Below, piece after piece: positions 1 through 14,284 of a stretch of 64,000 nt of DNA. The position numbers and the translations under genes were made by a program. Numbering within the stretch: position 1 is the first letter of the stretch; every line of letters begins with the position of its first letter. Source of the stretch: Octopus vulgaris (taxonomy: Eukaryota); contig OX597843.1 in NCBI GenBank assembly GCA_951406725.2, positions 7,750,001-7,814,000 of the forward strand, written 5' to 3'. The notes under the pieces were generated by a model, which was not told the origin of the DNA, searched no databases, and saw only the letters and a program-made list of their open reading frames with translations.

Positions 1-69
1 AATCTGAGAGGGGAACATGTTGAATAAAATCTTAATTAACTGATCCTCCTAATTACTAATTACTATGTC

Positions 70-110
70 ATGCTGACGAAATTTAAAAAGGATGAAAAAG
101 TACTTTATAT
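70..110 (+). ncRNA. Candidate minimal type I hammerhead ribozyme motif
   Basis: atg-CTGACGA-a-attt/aaaaa/ggat-GAA-AAAGTACTTT (10-nt palindromic stem III)-A-tat; stem I only 3 bp; AT-rich, so a chance match is possible. Confidence 0.35.
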
Positions 111-156
111 CATTACTAGCGATGAGAAAATATAAGAACGTCGTATTATTGTTTTA

Positions 157-245
157 GGTGTTTTTGCTCAATAAACACACATAACGCCCGGTCTGGGAAT
201 CGAAACCGCGATTCTCCAACCGCGAGTCCGCTGCCCTAACCACTG
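157..245 (-). mobile_element. tRNA-derived SINE head fragment (SINE-B family)
   Basis: Reverse complement reads agtggttagggcagcggactcgcgg...ggtttcgattcccagaccgggcg, with Pol III A/B-box-like motifs; same head as 12941-13250 and 12140-12337. Confidence 0.75.
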
Positions 246-268
246 TAAAATTAATTAAATACGTGAAT

Positions 269-690
269 GTGGCATCTTGGGCAAGTGTCTTCTGCTATAG
301 CCCCGGGCCGACCAATGCCTTGTGAGTGGATTTGGTAGACGGAAACTGAAAGAAGCCTGTCGTATATATGTATATATATATATATATATGTGTGTGTGTT
401 TGTGTGTCTGTGTTTGTCCCCCTAGCATTGCTTGACTACCGATGCTGGTGTGTTATATATATATATATGTGTGTGTGTTTGTGTGTCTGTGTTTGTCCCC
501 CTAGCATTGCTTGTACCCTGGTGTGTTTATCGTTACTTATCGGTTCGGCAAAAGAGACCGATAGAATAAGTAATGGGCTTACAAAAAGAATAAGTTCCGG
601 GGGTCGAGTTGCTCGATTAAAGGCGGTGCTCCAGCATGGCCGCAGTCAAATGACTGAAACAAGTAAAAGAGTAAAAGAGTAAAAGAGTAA
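269..690 (+). mobile_element. SINE-A copy, 5'-truncated
   Basis: cttgggcaagtgtcttct CORE-like block, internal (TA)n(TG)n, tail ggcggtgctccagcatggccgcagtcaaatgactgaaacaa(gtaaaaga)n. Confidence 0.85.
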
Positions 691-935
691 TCCGATTGCA
701 TCGTCATCAGAGAAAGAAAATATGATATCCTCGAATGTAAACATTTTCGGTTTTAGATATCTCTGTCTTCTCCCTCTCTGATGACGAAATATCCGGATTA
801 TGGATTCCTGGATTCTTTACACAGTATCATGATTTATATCCTTAACTACCCTAGAAACAGCTGTAAGATTCAGTGCATGTTCATATTCTTTGTCTTTTGC
901 GAACGATGCCAAATATTTGGTTTTTTATTGCTTTT
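691..935 (+). mobile_element. Penelope-like non-autonomous remnant with a degenerate hammerhead motif (775-868)
   Basis: CTGATGA (778-784)...GAAACAGCTGTA-aga (854-868); inverted partial copy cgtcatcagaga at about 702-713; same GAAACAGCTGTA signature as 18479-18601. Confidence 0.5.
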
Positions 936-950
936 TATTTTAATCTACCT

Positions 951-1112
951 ATAGGTGTGGCTGTGTGGTAAGTAGCTTGCTTACGAACCACACGGTTCCG
1001 AGTTCAGTCCCACTGCGTGGCACCTTGGGCAAGTGTCTTCTGCTATAGCCTCGGGCCGACCAAAGCCTTGTGAGTGGATTTGGTAGACGGAAACTGAAAG
1101 AAGCCCGTCGTA

Positions 1113-1161
<49 letters not shown>

Positions 1162-1417
1162 AATATTAGGGAATAAATCCAAATTTACAGGGAAAAAATC
1201 AGATTTAGGATTAAATCCAATTTTATAGTAAAATATTATAAAATATTATTAGAGACAAAACCACTATTTTGCAAAACAAACAAGGAAAGACTTAATCAAT
1301 ACATAAAATTTTAATAAATAGTCAAAATTGACTATTTTTTGACTATTTATTAAAATTTTATGTATTGATTAAGTCTTTCCTTGTTTGTTTTGCAAAATAG
1401 TGGTTTTGTCTCTAATA

Positions 1418-1488
<71 letters not shown>

Positions 1489-1703
1489 ATGTTTGTGTGT
1501 TGTGTTTGCCCCCTCCCTCAACATCGCTTGACAACCGATGCTGGTGTGTTTACGTCCCCGTAACTTAGCGGTTCGGCATAAGAGACTGATAGAATAAGTA
1601 CTAGGCTTACAAAGAATAAGTCCCGGGGGTCGATTTCCTCGACTAAAAGGCGGTGCTCCAGCATGGCGGCAGTCAAATGACTGAACCAAGTAAATGAATA
1701 AAC
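951..1703 (+). mobile_element. Full-length SINE-A with a palindromic insert inside its internal (TA)n
   Basis: Head with A box tggctgtgtgg and B box agttcagtccc; body resumes after 1480; tail cagtcaaatgactg. Confidence 0.85.
1243..1421. repeat. Perfect 85-bp inverted repeat (foldback) with a 9-nt spacer
   Basis: 1243-1327 is the exact reverse complement of 1337-1421. Confidence 0.92.
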
Positions 1704-1879
1704 GAATCTACATACATTGATACATATGTGCACACACGCACATATATATATATATATACATGCATACATACATACATAGACGTACACATGTATACACACA
1801 CGAATGTATACAAGCTGATAGAGACTTGCGCCCAGCCATCTACATATAACTTTCACACACATCAACCAATACGACCAGC

Positions 1880-2540
1880 AAATCCACCACCACCACCACC
1901 ATCACCATCACCACTACTACCGCCACCAACACCATCATCATCACCATCGCCACCACCATTCCCATCACCACCGTCACCACGAACTACAGCACCACCACCA
2001 CCACCACCATCACCAACACCACTACCACCATCACCACTACTACCACCACCACCACCACCACCATCATCATCACCACCACCACCTTCACCACGAACTACAG
2101 CACCACCACCACCATCACCAACACCACTACCACCATCACCACTACTACCACCACCACCACCACCACCACCATCATCATCACCACCACCACCATCAGCACC
2201 ACCGTCACCACCAGCAGCACCACCACCGTCACCAACACCACCACCACCACCACCACCACCACCGTCACTACTACCACCACCACCACCACCATCATCATCA
2301 TCACCGCTACCACCACCAACACTACCACCACCACCACCACCGTCACTACTACCACCACCACCACCACCACCATCATCATCACCGCTACCACCACCATCAC
2401 GAACACCATCACCACCACCACCATCGTCACCACCTCTACCACTACCACCACCACCACCGTCCCCAATACTCCCACCATCATCATCATCACCGCTACCACC
2501 ACCACCACCACCACACCACCACCACCACCACCACCATCAA
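1880..2540. repeat. Compound (CCA)n trinucleotide repeat with higher-order duplications
   Basis: CCA/TCA/CTA triplets; anchor tcaccacgaactacagcacc repeated at about 1974 and 2086. Confidence 0.85.
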
Positions 2541-3048
2541 TACGTAACGTCTACAGTCAACAGAAGGAACCCCACATTACTCTGTCGCTCTTCTTTCGTC
2601 CTAAGACCACCATTGACATAACTACCGCGACGACTGCCACAAATGACTGTTCTGTCTGACCAAAATGGCTTTATCCTACAGGTATATATAGGTGTGCATG
2701 CGTGTATGAGTGAGTGTGTTCTTATATATATATATGCGCGTGTGTGTGTGTATACTCACACATATATATATATGTCTACATGCATACATAAACACATACA
2801 TACACACACATACATACATACATACATACATACATACATACATAAACACATACATACATACATACATAAACACATACACACATACATTCATACATACATA
2901 CATACATACATACATACATACATACATACATACATGTATATATTCGTTTTATGTGTGTCTGGATATATGTTGATAATACATTAGTCTGTGTATACCTTAG
3001 TATGTGTGTGTAGTATGTATTCTTAAACACACACACACACACACAAAA

Positions 3049-3113
<65 letters not shown>

Positions 3114-3310
3114 TTGAGTATATATACAATTTATACTCGCATATATATATATGTATGTATATATATATATTCATATTTATATATATATACATATACACAT
3201 ACATAAGAACATACATACAAACATACATACATACATACATACATACACATCTATATATATGCATAGATGCATACTTGCACACAAACATGTATGTATATAT
3301 CTATATCTAT

Positions 3311-3372
<62 letters not shown>

Positions 3373-3434
3373 ATCTATCTATCTATCTATCTTCTATCTA
3401 TCTATATCTATCTATCTATCTACTATATATTATA

Positions 3435-3511
<77 letters not shown>

Positions 3512-3567
3512 TACATGTGTACGTATATTTATACATGGATATATGTATGTATATATATGTATGTGTG

Positions 3568-3609
<42 letters not shown>

Positions 3610-4366
3610 AGGTATATACACACGCACACACGCACACACACACAAAAGCACACTCGTACACACACAATATAGAATGTGCACTGGTGCAAGAGAAAATGGG
3701 ACGGCTAACGTATGTTTTACCAAAAATAATAAAGCCGAAAAGGGGAGAGAGAGAGGGGAGATGGAGAGAGAGGAGGAAGATTAAGGGAGAGAGTAAGTCA
3801 GAGAGTGTGAGAGAACACGCAAACAAAATGGCGTCCATTATGAACATATTTTTGATATAACGGTCCATCACATAACGCTTAGATTTCATAAACCACCAGG
3901 GAGTAAAGGGGGACAATTAGATACATATTTCTACCTCTATGTGGTCTGAATAACGTCCGTTCTTTCCGTTTGTTTGTTTGTTTTTTTTTTCTTCCATTTA
4001 ATTCTGCTTTTCTTCCTTCATCCTTCCTTCCTTCCTTCTTTCTTTCCTTCCTTCCTTCCTTCCTTCCCTCCTTCTTTCATTCATTCGTTCATTTGTTTTT
4101 CTTTCGAATCTCTTTTTCTCTCTTAAGTTTGTATACGCATTAACGTACACAATACGGTGTATGTAACGTGATGTAACGTATGTATGCATCTCTATATGTA
4201 TGCATGTATGTATGTGTATGCATATGTATGTATGCATGTATGAATTTATCTGTGTATGTGTGTATGGTATGTATACATATATATACACCTACAATATATA
4301 TACATATATACATGTATAAATATACGTACATATGTATCTATGTATCTATGTATCTATGTATCTATG

Positions 4367-4457
<91 letters not shown>

Positions 4458-4462
4458 ATATC

Positions 4463-4595
<133 letters not shown>

Positions 4596-4766
4596 TAGAT
4601 AGATATAGATAGATAGATATAGATATAGATATATACATACATGTATACACACATTTTTCTTTTAGTGAATGAAGAAAGACAAAAATGCAGAGCTGTCCTT
4701 CTTTCGTTGAAATCATGGATCGAAACAAAAAGATAGAATGAGAATAAGAGAGAAAGATAGAGAGAC

Positions 4767-4805
<39 letters not shown>

Positions 4806-4999
4806 GAATGTGAGGAAGGAGGAAAGGAAGAAAGAGAGAATGAAAGCAAAGGTGGAAAAAAAAAAGAAAAAAGTAAGAGAAAGAATAAATGAAAATATAA
4901 TTATGCAAATACGGCAATCGATAGGAAAGCAGTGAGGCATGGATAATTAAAAGTGGTGGGGAGCGGGGGGACGGCTGGGATGTAGGGGGAGGAGATTGG

Positions 5000-5204
5000 A
5001 TAGCGATGATGATGATGATGGTGGTGGTGGTGGCAGTGGCGGTGATGATGATGATGATGATACGGAGGTGAATGAAGATGTCGATGATGATGTTGATGGT
5101 GATGATGGTGGTGATGATGATAATGATGATGATGATGATGATAATTATGATGATGATGATTATGATGATGATGGTGATGATGATGGTGATGATGGTGAGG
5201 AAGG

Positions 5205-5236
<32 letters not shown>

Positions 5237-5263
5237 GTGATGATAATTATGATGATGATGATT

Positions 5264-5301
<38 letters not shown>

Positions 5302-5600
5302 AATTATGAGGATGATGATGGTGATTATGATGATGATGATGATTATGATGATGATGATGATAATTATGAGGATGACGATGACTGTGTGGATGATGATGCT
5401 GATGATGATGATGGTGGTGGTGGTGGAGATGATGATGATGATGATGGTGATGATGAGGACGAAGATAATGATGGTGATGATGATGATGACGAAGACTGTG
5501 TGGACGATGATGATGATAATAATGATGATGATTCTAGTGATGGTGGTGATGATGATGCGGAGGTGTATGAAGATGTCGATGATGATGATGATGCTCATGA
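5000..5600. repeat. Compound (GAT)n repeat, block 1
   Basis: GAT-dominated triplets; anchors (gactgtgtgga, gattctagtgatggtggt, gcggaggtg) shared with 6360-6940. Confidence 0.85.
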
Positions 5601-5962
5601 CGACGTTGTGGATAACAATGTTCACCCGTCCGCGCCACTCGCAACACGACCCTTTATGCCAGGGTAGCATTTACCGCTGATTGCTGTAGGCCCTTATTGA
5701 AGCCTCCAGCTAACGCAGCCGCCCTCCTGGAACCTGAGACCTTTAACCTACGGAGAACCCTCCAAATTATGACAGCTGGTGGAAGAGAGTTATTTAGATA
5801 TGTTTCTTTATTAGCCACACAGGGCTGCACACAGACGGGACAGATTACAAGGTAGAGCTTTTCTTTTTGGGGGAGAGAAAAAACTATATAGGTGGGGTAG
5901 ATTTTCGATCAAAAGGGATCGTAAAAGGAAAAGAAGAAAAAAAAGGGAAAAGAAACAAAAAA

Positions 5963-5997
<35 letters not shown>

Positions 5998-6144
5998 AAG
6001 AGAGAAAGAGAAAATGAAAGGAGGATGCGCCGACACTAAATTTAGAATTAGGTCTCTAATGAGCAACTCATAAGGCGGGAACTTAACACAGTTTGGATTG
6101 GGATGCCTGCCCGTCGCAGGGTTTACTTCCCAGCTATTGTTGGA

Positions 6145-6230
6145 AATCGGACTGGAGAAACATGAAATGAAGTGGTTTGCTCAAGAACACAACGCTCCGG
6201 GAATAGAAACTACGACATTACGATCTTAAG
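6145..6230 (-). mobile_element. Degenerate SINE-C head fragment
   Basis: ggactggag...atgaaatgaagtg..ttgctcaagaacacaacgc is the reverse complement of the head at 19075-19200. Confidence 0.55.
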
Positions 6231-6359
6231 GTGATTAAAATTTAGGCCTATCAAGAGCGCTACGATTCATACGGACGGGGATTAACCCCGTCAAAGTAGA
6301 AAACAGATATGTCCGCTCAAAATTTTATCACCGTTAATTCCAAAGAGCGGTTAAACCAC

Positions 6360-6474
6360 ATGATGATGATGAGGACGAAGATAATGATGGTGATGATGAG
6401 GATGACGATGAATGTGTGGATGCTGATGCTGATGACGTTGATGATAATAATGATGATGATTCTAGTCAAGGTGG

Positions 6475-6505
<31 letters not shown>

Positions 6506-6510
6506 GATGA

Positions 6511-6544
<34 letters not shown>

Positions 6545-6550
6545 GGTGGA

Positions 6551-6618
<68 letters not shown>

Positions 6619-6645
6619 CGTTGATGATGATGATGATGGTGACGT

Positions 6646-6682
<37 letters not shown>

Positions 6683-6702
6683 AATGATGATGATGGTGAC
6701 GT

Positions 6703-6748
<46 letters not shown>

Positions 6749-6818
6749 AATGATGATGATAGTGACGATGATAATGATGAGGATGATGATGATGATGATG
6801 ATAATGATGATGGTGATG

Positions 6819-6850
<32 letters not shown>

Positions 6851-6940
6851 GACGACTATGTGGACGATGATGATGATGATAATAATGATGATGATTCTAG
6901 TGATGGTGGTGATGATGATGATGATGATGATGCGGAGGTG
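6360..6940. repeat. Compound (GAT)n repeat, block 2 (paralogous to 5000-5600)
   Basis: Same anchors gatgaggacgaagataatgatggtgat and gattctagtgatggtggtgat...gcggaggtg. Confidence 0.85.
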
Positions 6941-7041
6941 GATCGTCTATGAAGATGCGGCTGTATCGCTTAATTTCCTGTTTTTGTATATAGAGACCGA
7001 AAAGATATCTTGCAGATCTTTTGACGAGATACATCTTGTAA

Positions 7042-7145
7042 TCACCTGAAGAAACACATCTACACCAACGGATACTCATGAACCAGTTGTTAAGTATCCC
7101 ACCCGTCAGGGATCCATACTAGATGGATCGGAACAGCTGTAGGGA
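7042..7145 (+). ncRNA. Degenerate hammerhead-like motif with long stem II
   Basis: CTGAAGA (7046)...catcta/tagatg and ggatact/agtatcc helices...gGAACAGCTGTA; one core A is missing. Confidence 0.35.
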
Positions 7146-7620
7146 ATAATAAACATTCTCTTATCTTCCCATCTTCTGTCTCTTTCATTTGTAAAATACC
7201 CAACGAACACTGAAAGTGAACGTGTTTTACGGGTAAGCTAAGCTACCAGATGTATACAATACAATTTATTATCTATATATATATATATATATATAGATAT
7301 ATATCTATATCTATATACCCCTATATATGTATGTGTCCTGTACCCATATATGCATGTATATGTACATATATATGTAGGTATGTACCTATATGTATGTATA
7401 TATGCATATATTTATATATTATTTATATTATATATATATATATTATATATATACACACATACATACATGTTATATACATATCTATATATGCATATATATA
7501 TATATATATATATATACATACACACATATATATATATATATGTATTTATACATGTATATGTTTATATATATACATACATACATATATATATATATGTATT
7601 TATATATGTATATGTTTATA

Positions 7621-7651
<31 letters not shown>

Positions 7652-7727
7652 CTATATATCTATATATATATATATATATTTATATAAAAATATATGCATA
7701 TATAAATACATATATTTATATCTATCT

Positions 7728-7829
<102 letters not shown>

Positions 7830-8236
7830 CGCAATTGCCTTCAACTATTACTTTAGCTCCAGCCTCGTGTCCATGTCTGTCACTCTCTTCATCTTAATCA
7901 AAATGTCAAAAAAGCCTCTTTTCACTTCCCCTCCTCTTCTCTCTCTCTCACTCTCTCACTCTCTTTCCGTCTGCCTAAATCTCTGTTGGTCTCTCTCTCT
8001 CTCCGCCTTTATTTACCATGCCTTCCCTCTCACTTCTTCAGCACCTTTGTCAGCGTTTGTACCTCTTTCCTTACCCCTCTTTTCGTCTGCCCCTTCTTCT
8101 ACCACTCCCCTACTCTTAGCGTTGAAAGGCGGGAAAGAATTCCCGCCAGAATCCCACTAAATGCCGGCGAGTGGCTTTTGTTGACACGGGAACACCAACA
8201 GACACAAGCGCACACACGCACACACGCACGCACTCG

Positions 8237-8286
<50 letters not shown>

Positions 8287-9032
8287 CACACACACACACA
8301 CACATATACACAAATACACAGAAAGTCATGAGGGCGTACACATACACACACACACGCACTCGCACACACACGCATGTATACGCATAGAGAAACCGAAAAA
8401 AAGCTTGTAAAATGCATACGGAGATACGTACATACATATACACACACACACCATGAATACACATACACACGCACACACACACATACTAATAAATACGTAC
8501 TAAATATGCACGGAGATACATACATACATATATACATACACACTGTCAAACAGACATTCACACACAGACACACGTAAAGATATATCGAAGCATATACGCA
8601 CATAGTTACACACACACACACACACTGGCATATAATACACACAGATATACACATATCTTATACACACACTCACATACACACACACTCTCCCGCACAAGCA
8701 CTCTCTTGTTCATACACACACTCAAACAAACACACACACACTGTCAGACAGACACACGCCCTCTCACACACACATATGCACACACACACACACACAAATA
8801 CGACCGGATACGCACACACACACACACACAAATACACATACTCATACACAGCCTACAGAAACGTACTCGAAGGCACACGCACACACTCATACACACACAC
8901 GCACACACACATACTCAGATACACACACACACAAACAAATAAGAAGTCAGTGCAAGAAAATACACACATACACACACACACAAATATGACCACATACGCA
9001 GACACAGCACCACAGAAACAGGTACACAAACA

Positions 9033-9428
9033 CACTGCGGCCATGCTGTAGCACCGCCTTTTAGTCGAGCAAATCGACCCCAGGACTTATTCTTTGTAAG
9101 CCCAGTACTTATTCTATCGTTCTCTTTTGCCGAACCACTAAGTGACGGGGACATAAACACACCAGCATCGGTTGTCAGGCGATGTTTGGGGGACAAACAC
9201 AGACACACAGACACACACACACACATATATACACACACAGACATACACACGCACATACATATATATGACGAGCTTCTTTCAGTTTCCGTCTACCAAATCC
9301 ACTCACAAGGCATTGGTCTGCCCGAAGCTATAGTGGAAAACATTTGTCCAAGGTGCCACGCAGTGGGACTGAACCCGGAACCATGTGGTTGGTAAGCAAG
9401 CTACTTACCACACAGCCACTCCTGTGCT
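9033..9428 (-). mobile_element. SINE-A copy
   Basis: Reverse complement of head, CORE-like block, internal microsatellite and tail. Confidence 0.85.
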
Positions 9429-9446
9429 TATATAATTATATATCTA

Positions 9447-9828
9447 TAAGCCAACAAAGGATACTTCTGCATGGTAGCTAGAATTTGTAGAAATAGCAAA
9501 CAAATATCCCTCAAATCACAACCTATTGTCTAACGTATGTATGTATGTATGAGTCAATGATGGAGACTTCTACATGGTAGCAAGACTAGGTAGAAATAAC
9601 AGACAAATCTCTCTCAAATCACACCCTACCGTCTTATACATGTATGAACCAATGAGGGTGACCTCTGTATGGTAGCCAGACCTGCTAGAAATAATAGCCA
9701 AATCCCCGTCAAATCATACCCTACTGTCTTATGTATATATGTATATATATGAACTTTTAAGGGAGACCTTTACATAGTAGCTAGACCTGGTAGAAATAGC
9801 AGCCAAATCTCCAACAAAGACACTACAC
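9447..9828 (+). repeat. Four diverged ~95-105 bp tandem units (SINE-derived segment)
   Basis: Unit ggagacctctacatggtagctagacctgctagaaatagcagccaaatctccctcaaatcacaccctac; a solo reverse copy lies at about 43488-43573. Confidence 0.75.
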
Positions 9829-10051
9829 TTTTATGTATGTATGTATGTATGTATGTATGTATGTATGTATGTATGTATGTATTTGTGCACGTATGTATGT
9901 ATGTGTGTATGAATGTATGTATGTATCTATATGTATCTATACACACACATACATACGTGCACATACATACATACACACATACATACATACATAGATACAT
10001 ACATACATACATACATACACACATACATACATACGTGCACACATACATACA

Positions 10052-10085
<34 letters not shown>

Positions 10086-10614
10086 CATACATGCACACAT
10101 ACACACATACATGCATATGTGTGTATGTATGTATGTATGTATGTATCTATATGTATCTATATACGCACATACATACATACACATACATACACACATACAT
10201 ACATACATAGATACATACATATATACATACATACACACATACATATATACGTGCACACATACATACATACATACATACATACACCACCACCACCACCACC
10301 ACCACCACCTCTAACCACAACAATAACAACAACAGCCACACTATCATTGCAACGGCCAAAAAAAAAAAAAAAAAAAATATATCAACTTCGAACTCCGTCG
10401 ATCGCTATTAACAATACTACAGCTATTACCGCCACCACCACCACCACCCACCATCACCACCACCACCACCACCACCACCACCACCACCACCAATTCCACT
10501 GCCACCACCACCACGGCCGTTGCTGTTTCGACACATTGCTGTGATAACCACGTTTCAAGATGGCCGCAAACACAATTACTCTCAATTGTGAAACGTTTTA
10601 TTTGACGGAGAGAA

Positions 10615-11380
10615 TGTGTATGTATGTATGTATGTATGTATGTATGTATGTATGTATGTATGTATGTATGTATGTATGTATGTATGTATGTATGCATGTA
10701 TGTATGTATGTATGTGTGTATTGATGCATGTATGGATGTATGTTTGTATGTATGTATGTATGTATGTATGTATGTATGTATGTATGTATGTATGTATGTA
10801 TGTATGTATGTATGTATGTATGAATGTATGTATGTATGTGTCTGTATGTATGTATGTTTGTATGTATGTATGCATGTTTATATGTATGTATGCATGTTTA
10901 TATGTATGTATGTATGTGTGTATGTATGTATGTATTGATGTATGTATGTATGTATGTATGTATGTATGTATGTATGTATGTATGTATGTATGTATGTATT
11001 TATGTATGTATGTATGTATGTATGTATGTATGTATGTATGTATGTATGTATGTATGTGTGTATGTATGTGTGTATTTATGTAAGTATGTATATATGTATG
11101 TATGCAAGAATGTATGTATGTACGTACGTACGTATGTATGTATGTATGTATGTATGTATGTTTGTATGTATGTATGTGTGTATTGATGCATGTATGGATG
11201 TATGTTTGTATGTATGTTTGTATGTATGTATGTATGTGTGTGTGTGCATGTATATATGTGTGTATGTATGTGTGTGTATGCATGTATCATGTGTGTGCAT
11301 GTATGTACGCATGTGTGTGTATGAATGTATGTATGTGTGTATGTATGTATGTATGTATGTATGTATGCATGTATGTATGT
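10615..11380. repeat. (TATG)n tetranucleotide array
   Basis: Direct inspection; similar arrays at 9830-10280, 28310-28520, 33210-34010, 35300-35565, 35800-36470, 37815-38290. Confidence 0.95.
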
Positions 11381-11674
11381 GTTCAGATTTGTATGCTTTG
11401 TTTTGTATATGTATTCTCATGCAAATAGTTGTATATGTAGACATGCTCATATATATTTGCATGATAAAATTCTGGGAAGTTTTACAGATCTTTACAGTTC
11501 CGCTTAGATCAGTAGTTTTCAAATTAGCTTTCTCCTTTCTGGTTTTGAGAAGCCTAATTTCTCAAAAATGGTATTTTAAACATAGAAATATCATTATTTC
11601 TAATTCCCTCCAAAGGAGACTACGACAGCGGTACTGCATATTAATAGTTACCGCCAAGCTAACATGCCAGTCTA

Positions 11675-11870
11675 GATAAATAGGACGAATGCTGCCGTTG
11701 ATTAGCTCCAAGAGGCCATCGCCTCTAGCTAGCTATGTGACACACAAACCTGTGTCCATTATAATCTAGCAACCACAGACTAGTTTCGAGGTGGTTTCCC
11801 CTTATCAATGTGGAGTAGCCGAACCCAGCAGGCGTCGCTGCTGACCGTCTGTTCGAAGGGCTATTTATCT
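11675..11870 (-). mobile_element. Hammerhead-bearing short element (Penelope/retrozyme-like)
   Basis: Contains the hammerhead at 11773-11813; homologous to the oppositely oriented copy at 12385-12556. Confidence 0.55.
11773..11813 (-). ncRNA. Minimal type I hammerhead ribozyme, U3-A8 core variant
   Basis: Minus strand: ccaca-TTGATAA-gggg/aaacca/cctc-GAA-ACTAGT-C-tgtgg; 5-bp stem I, palindromic stem III, GUC cleavage triplet. Confidence 0.75.
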
Positions 11871-11948
11871 AAATTCAGTGGAATACATCCACTGGTTTTC
11901 AAAAATAGAAATATCATTTCGTCCTGTACTGTCCAATTTTTATGTGAT

Positions 11949-12337
11949 GGGATGAAAGCACTCCGTCGGTTACGACGACGAGTGTTCCGGTTGATCCGAT
12001 CAACGGAACAGCCTGCTCGTGAAATTAACGTGTAAGTGGCTGAGCACTCCACAGACACGTGTACCCTTAACGTAGTTCTCGGGGATATTCAGCGTGACAC
12101 AGAGAGTGACAAGGCCGGCCCTTTTGAAATACAGGTACAACAGAAACAGGAAGAAAGAGTGAGAGAATGTTGTGGTGAAAGAGTACAGCGGGGATCACCA
12201 CCATCCCCTGCTGGAGCCTCGTGGAACTTTAGGTGTTTTCGCTCAATAAACACTCACAACGCCCGGTCTGGGAATCGAAACCGCGATCCTACGACCGCGA
12301 GTCCGCTGCCCTAATCACTGGGCCATTGCGCCTCCAC
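11949..12337 (-). mobile_element. Chimeric SINE (SINE-B head + SINE-C tail) with 12-bp TSD
   Basis: tttttatgtgat at 11937-11948 and 12338-12349; head matches 12941-13135, tail matches 19215-19397. Confidence 0.85.
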
Positions 12338-12384
12338 TTTTTATGTGATATTTATTATCGTAATAAGAAATTCATCTGGCCAAG

Positions 12385-12556
12385 CAGCTACTCTGCATTG
12401 ATAAAGAGCAATAACCCCAAAACTAGTCCACGGATGTTTTGCGTTAGATGGCATTACTGAACTCCCTGTTCGAAAATATAAGGACACAGATATTGTGTCG
12501 TATAGCCAGCTACAAACGATGTTTCCTGGGGCTAAACAACAATAATATCGTCCCTT
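12385..12556 (+). mobile_element. Diverged inverted copy of the 11675-11870 element
   Basis: gctactctgca-TTGATAA...aaaACTAGTC followed by ggacacag...tgtgtc...tagccagcta...ggggctaaacaac. Confidence 0.55.
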
Positions 12557-12569
12557 CCAGGTAGGCTAC

Positions 12570-13250
<681 letters not shown>

Positions 13251-13343
13251 GTTTACCGAGAAATGGTCCCTTTTCATGCCGAATTCTACTTGATGAAATT
13301 ATTGATTACTAGTTAATTAATTAATTTTGCCCTTTGTTATTAT

Positions 13344-13376
<33 letters not shown>

Positions 13377-13381
<5 letters not shown>

Positions 13382-13605
13382 CCTGGCGTTGCTCGGGTTT
13401 GTATAATATATATTTTTAGTTATATAAAAATACAAAAAAAATGCTTTAAAAATATATATGGTATTTTTTTAAATCGTAGCGCGCTAATACCCAGAAGGGC
13501 TCGATATGAATCACGACTATAAGATACCCGTTTTTGGTTAAACTGCACCGCAATATGTGGGAGTAGTTAGGAATCTAAATCGTAGGAGACAGACACACAA
13601 CTTCA

Positions 13606-13615
<10 letters not shown>
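13377..13615 (-). mobile_element. Non-autonomous Helitron (internal type 1)
   Basis: Subterminal hairpin cccgagcaacgccaggcg on the minus strand; 5' end tataaaagtgaagttgtgtgtctgtc; terminal CTAG lost in (TA)n. Confidence 0.65.
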
Positions 13616-13681
<66 letters not shown>

Positions 13682-14152
13682 TATATACATACCTATGCAT
13701 ACACACACAAGCACCCATATATATGTGTAAGTTAGTGTGTTTTAGTCTTCTTGCCTTGAAGTTGTCATAATTTCAAACGGGGTTATTGTAACGGACTCGG
13801 TCTTCTTCGTTTCCATTCTTATGTGAAAACATTCCTAGCCATGGACACGGTATATTTTTGGATCTCTCCCACCTTTTAAACCGGAAAACGTAGTGTCAAA
13901 GTTGGCACCGGTTAAAAGCATAGTTATATCACCTGATGGAACTTGTAAGTAAAGATGAAATGAAACTGTGGGGACCGTCTCACCTTGCTCGTAGGCAGGC
14001 CAGAGTTGGCAACAGGAAAAGCATTCGAATGTACAAACTTGGTGTCAGTAAATTCCTTTCAACTCATGAAAGACTTTAAACGGTGACATGCACGAAACCC
14101 TCGGACGTTGGGGTCACCATGTTGCTTTTGCCGATTAATGTTTATTTATAAG

Positions 14153-14196
<44 letters not shown>

Positions 14197-14239
14197 GAGT
14201 GTATGTATATAGAAAGATAGATAGATAGATGGATGGATG

Positions 14240-14284
<45 letters not shown>

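Noticed and set aside
1728-2621. 297-aa proline-rich, extensin-like ORF
   Set aside because: Translation of a (CCA)n compound microsatellite; the start lies in another microsatellite; no splice or domain evidence
4996-6952. Poly-Asp ORFs resembling acidic biomineralisation proteins
   Set aside because: (GAT)n repeats keep several frames open by construction; no ATG or signal peptide; similar triplet repeats pervade the window
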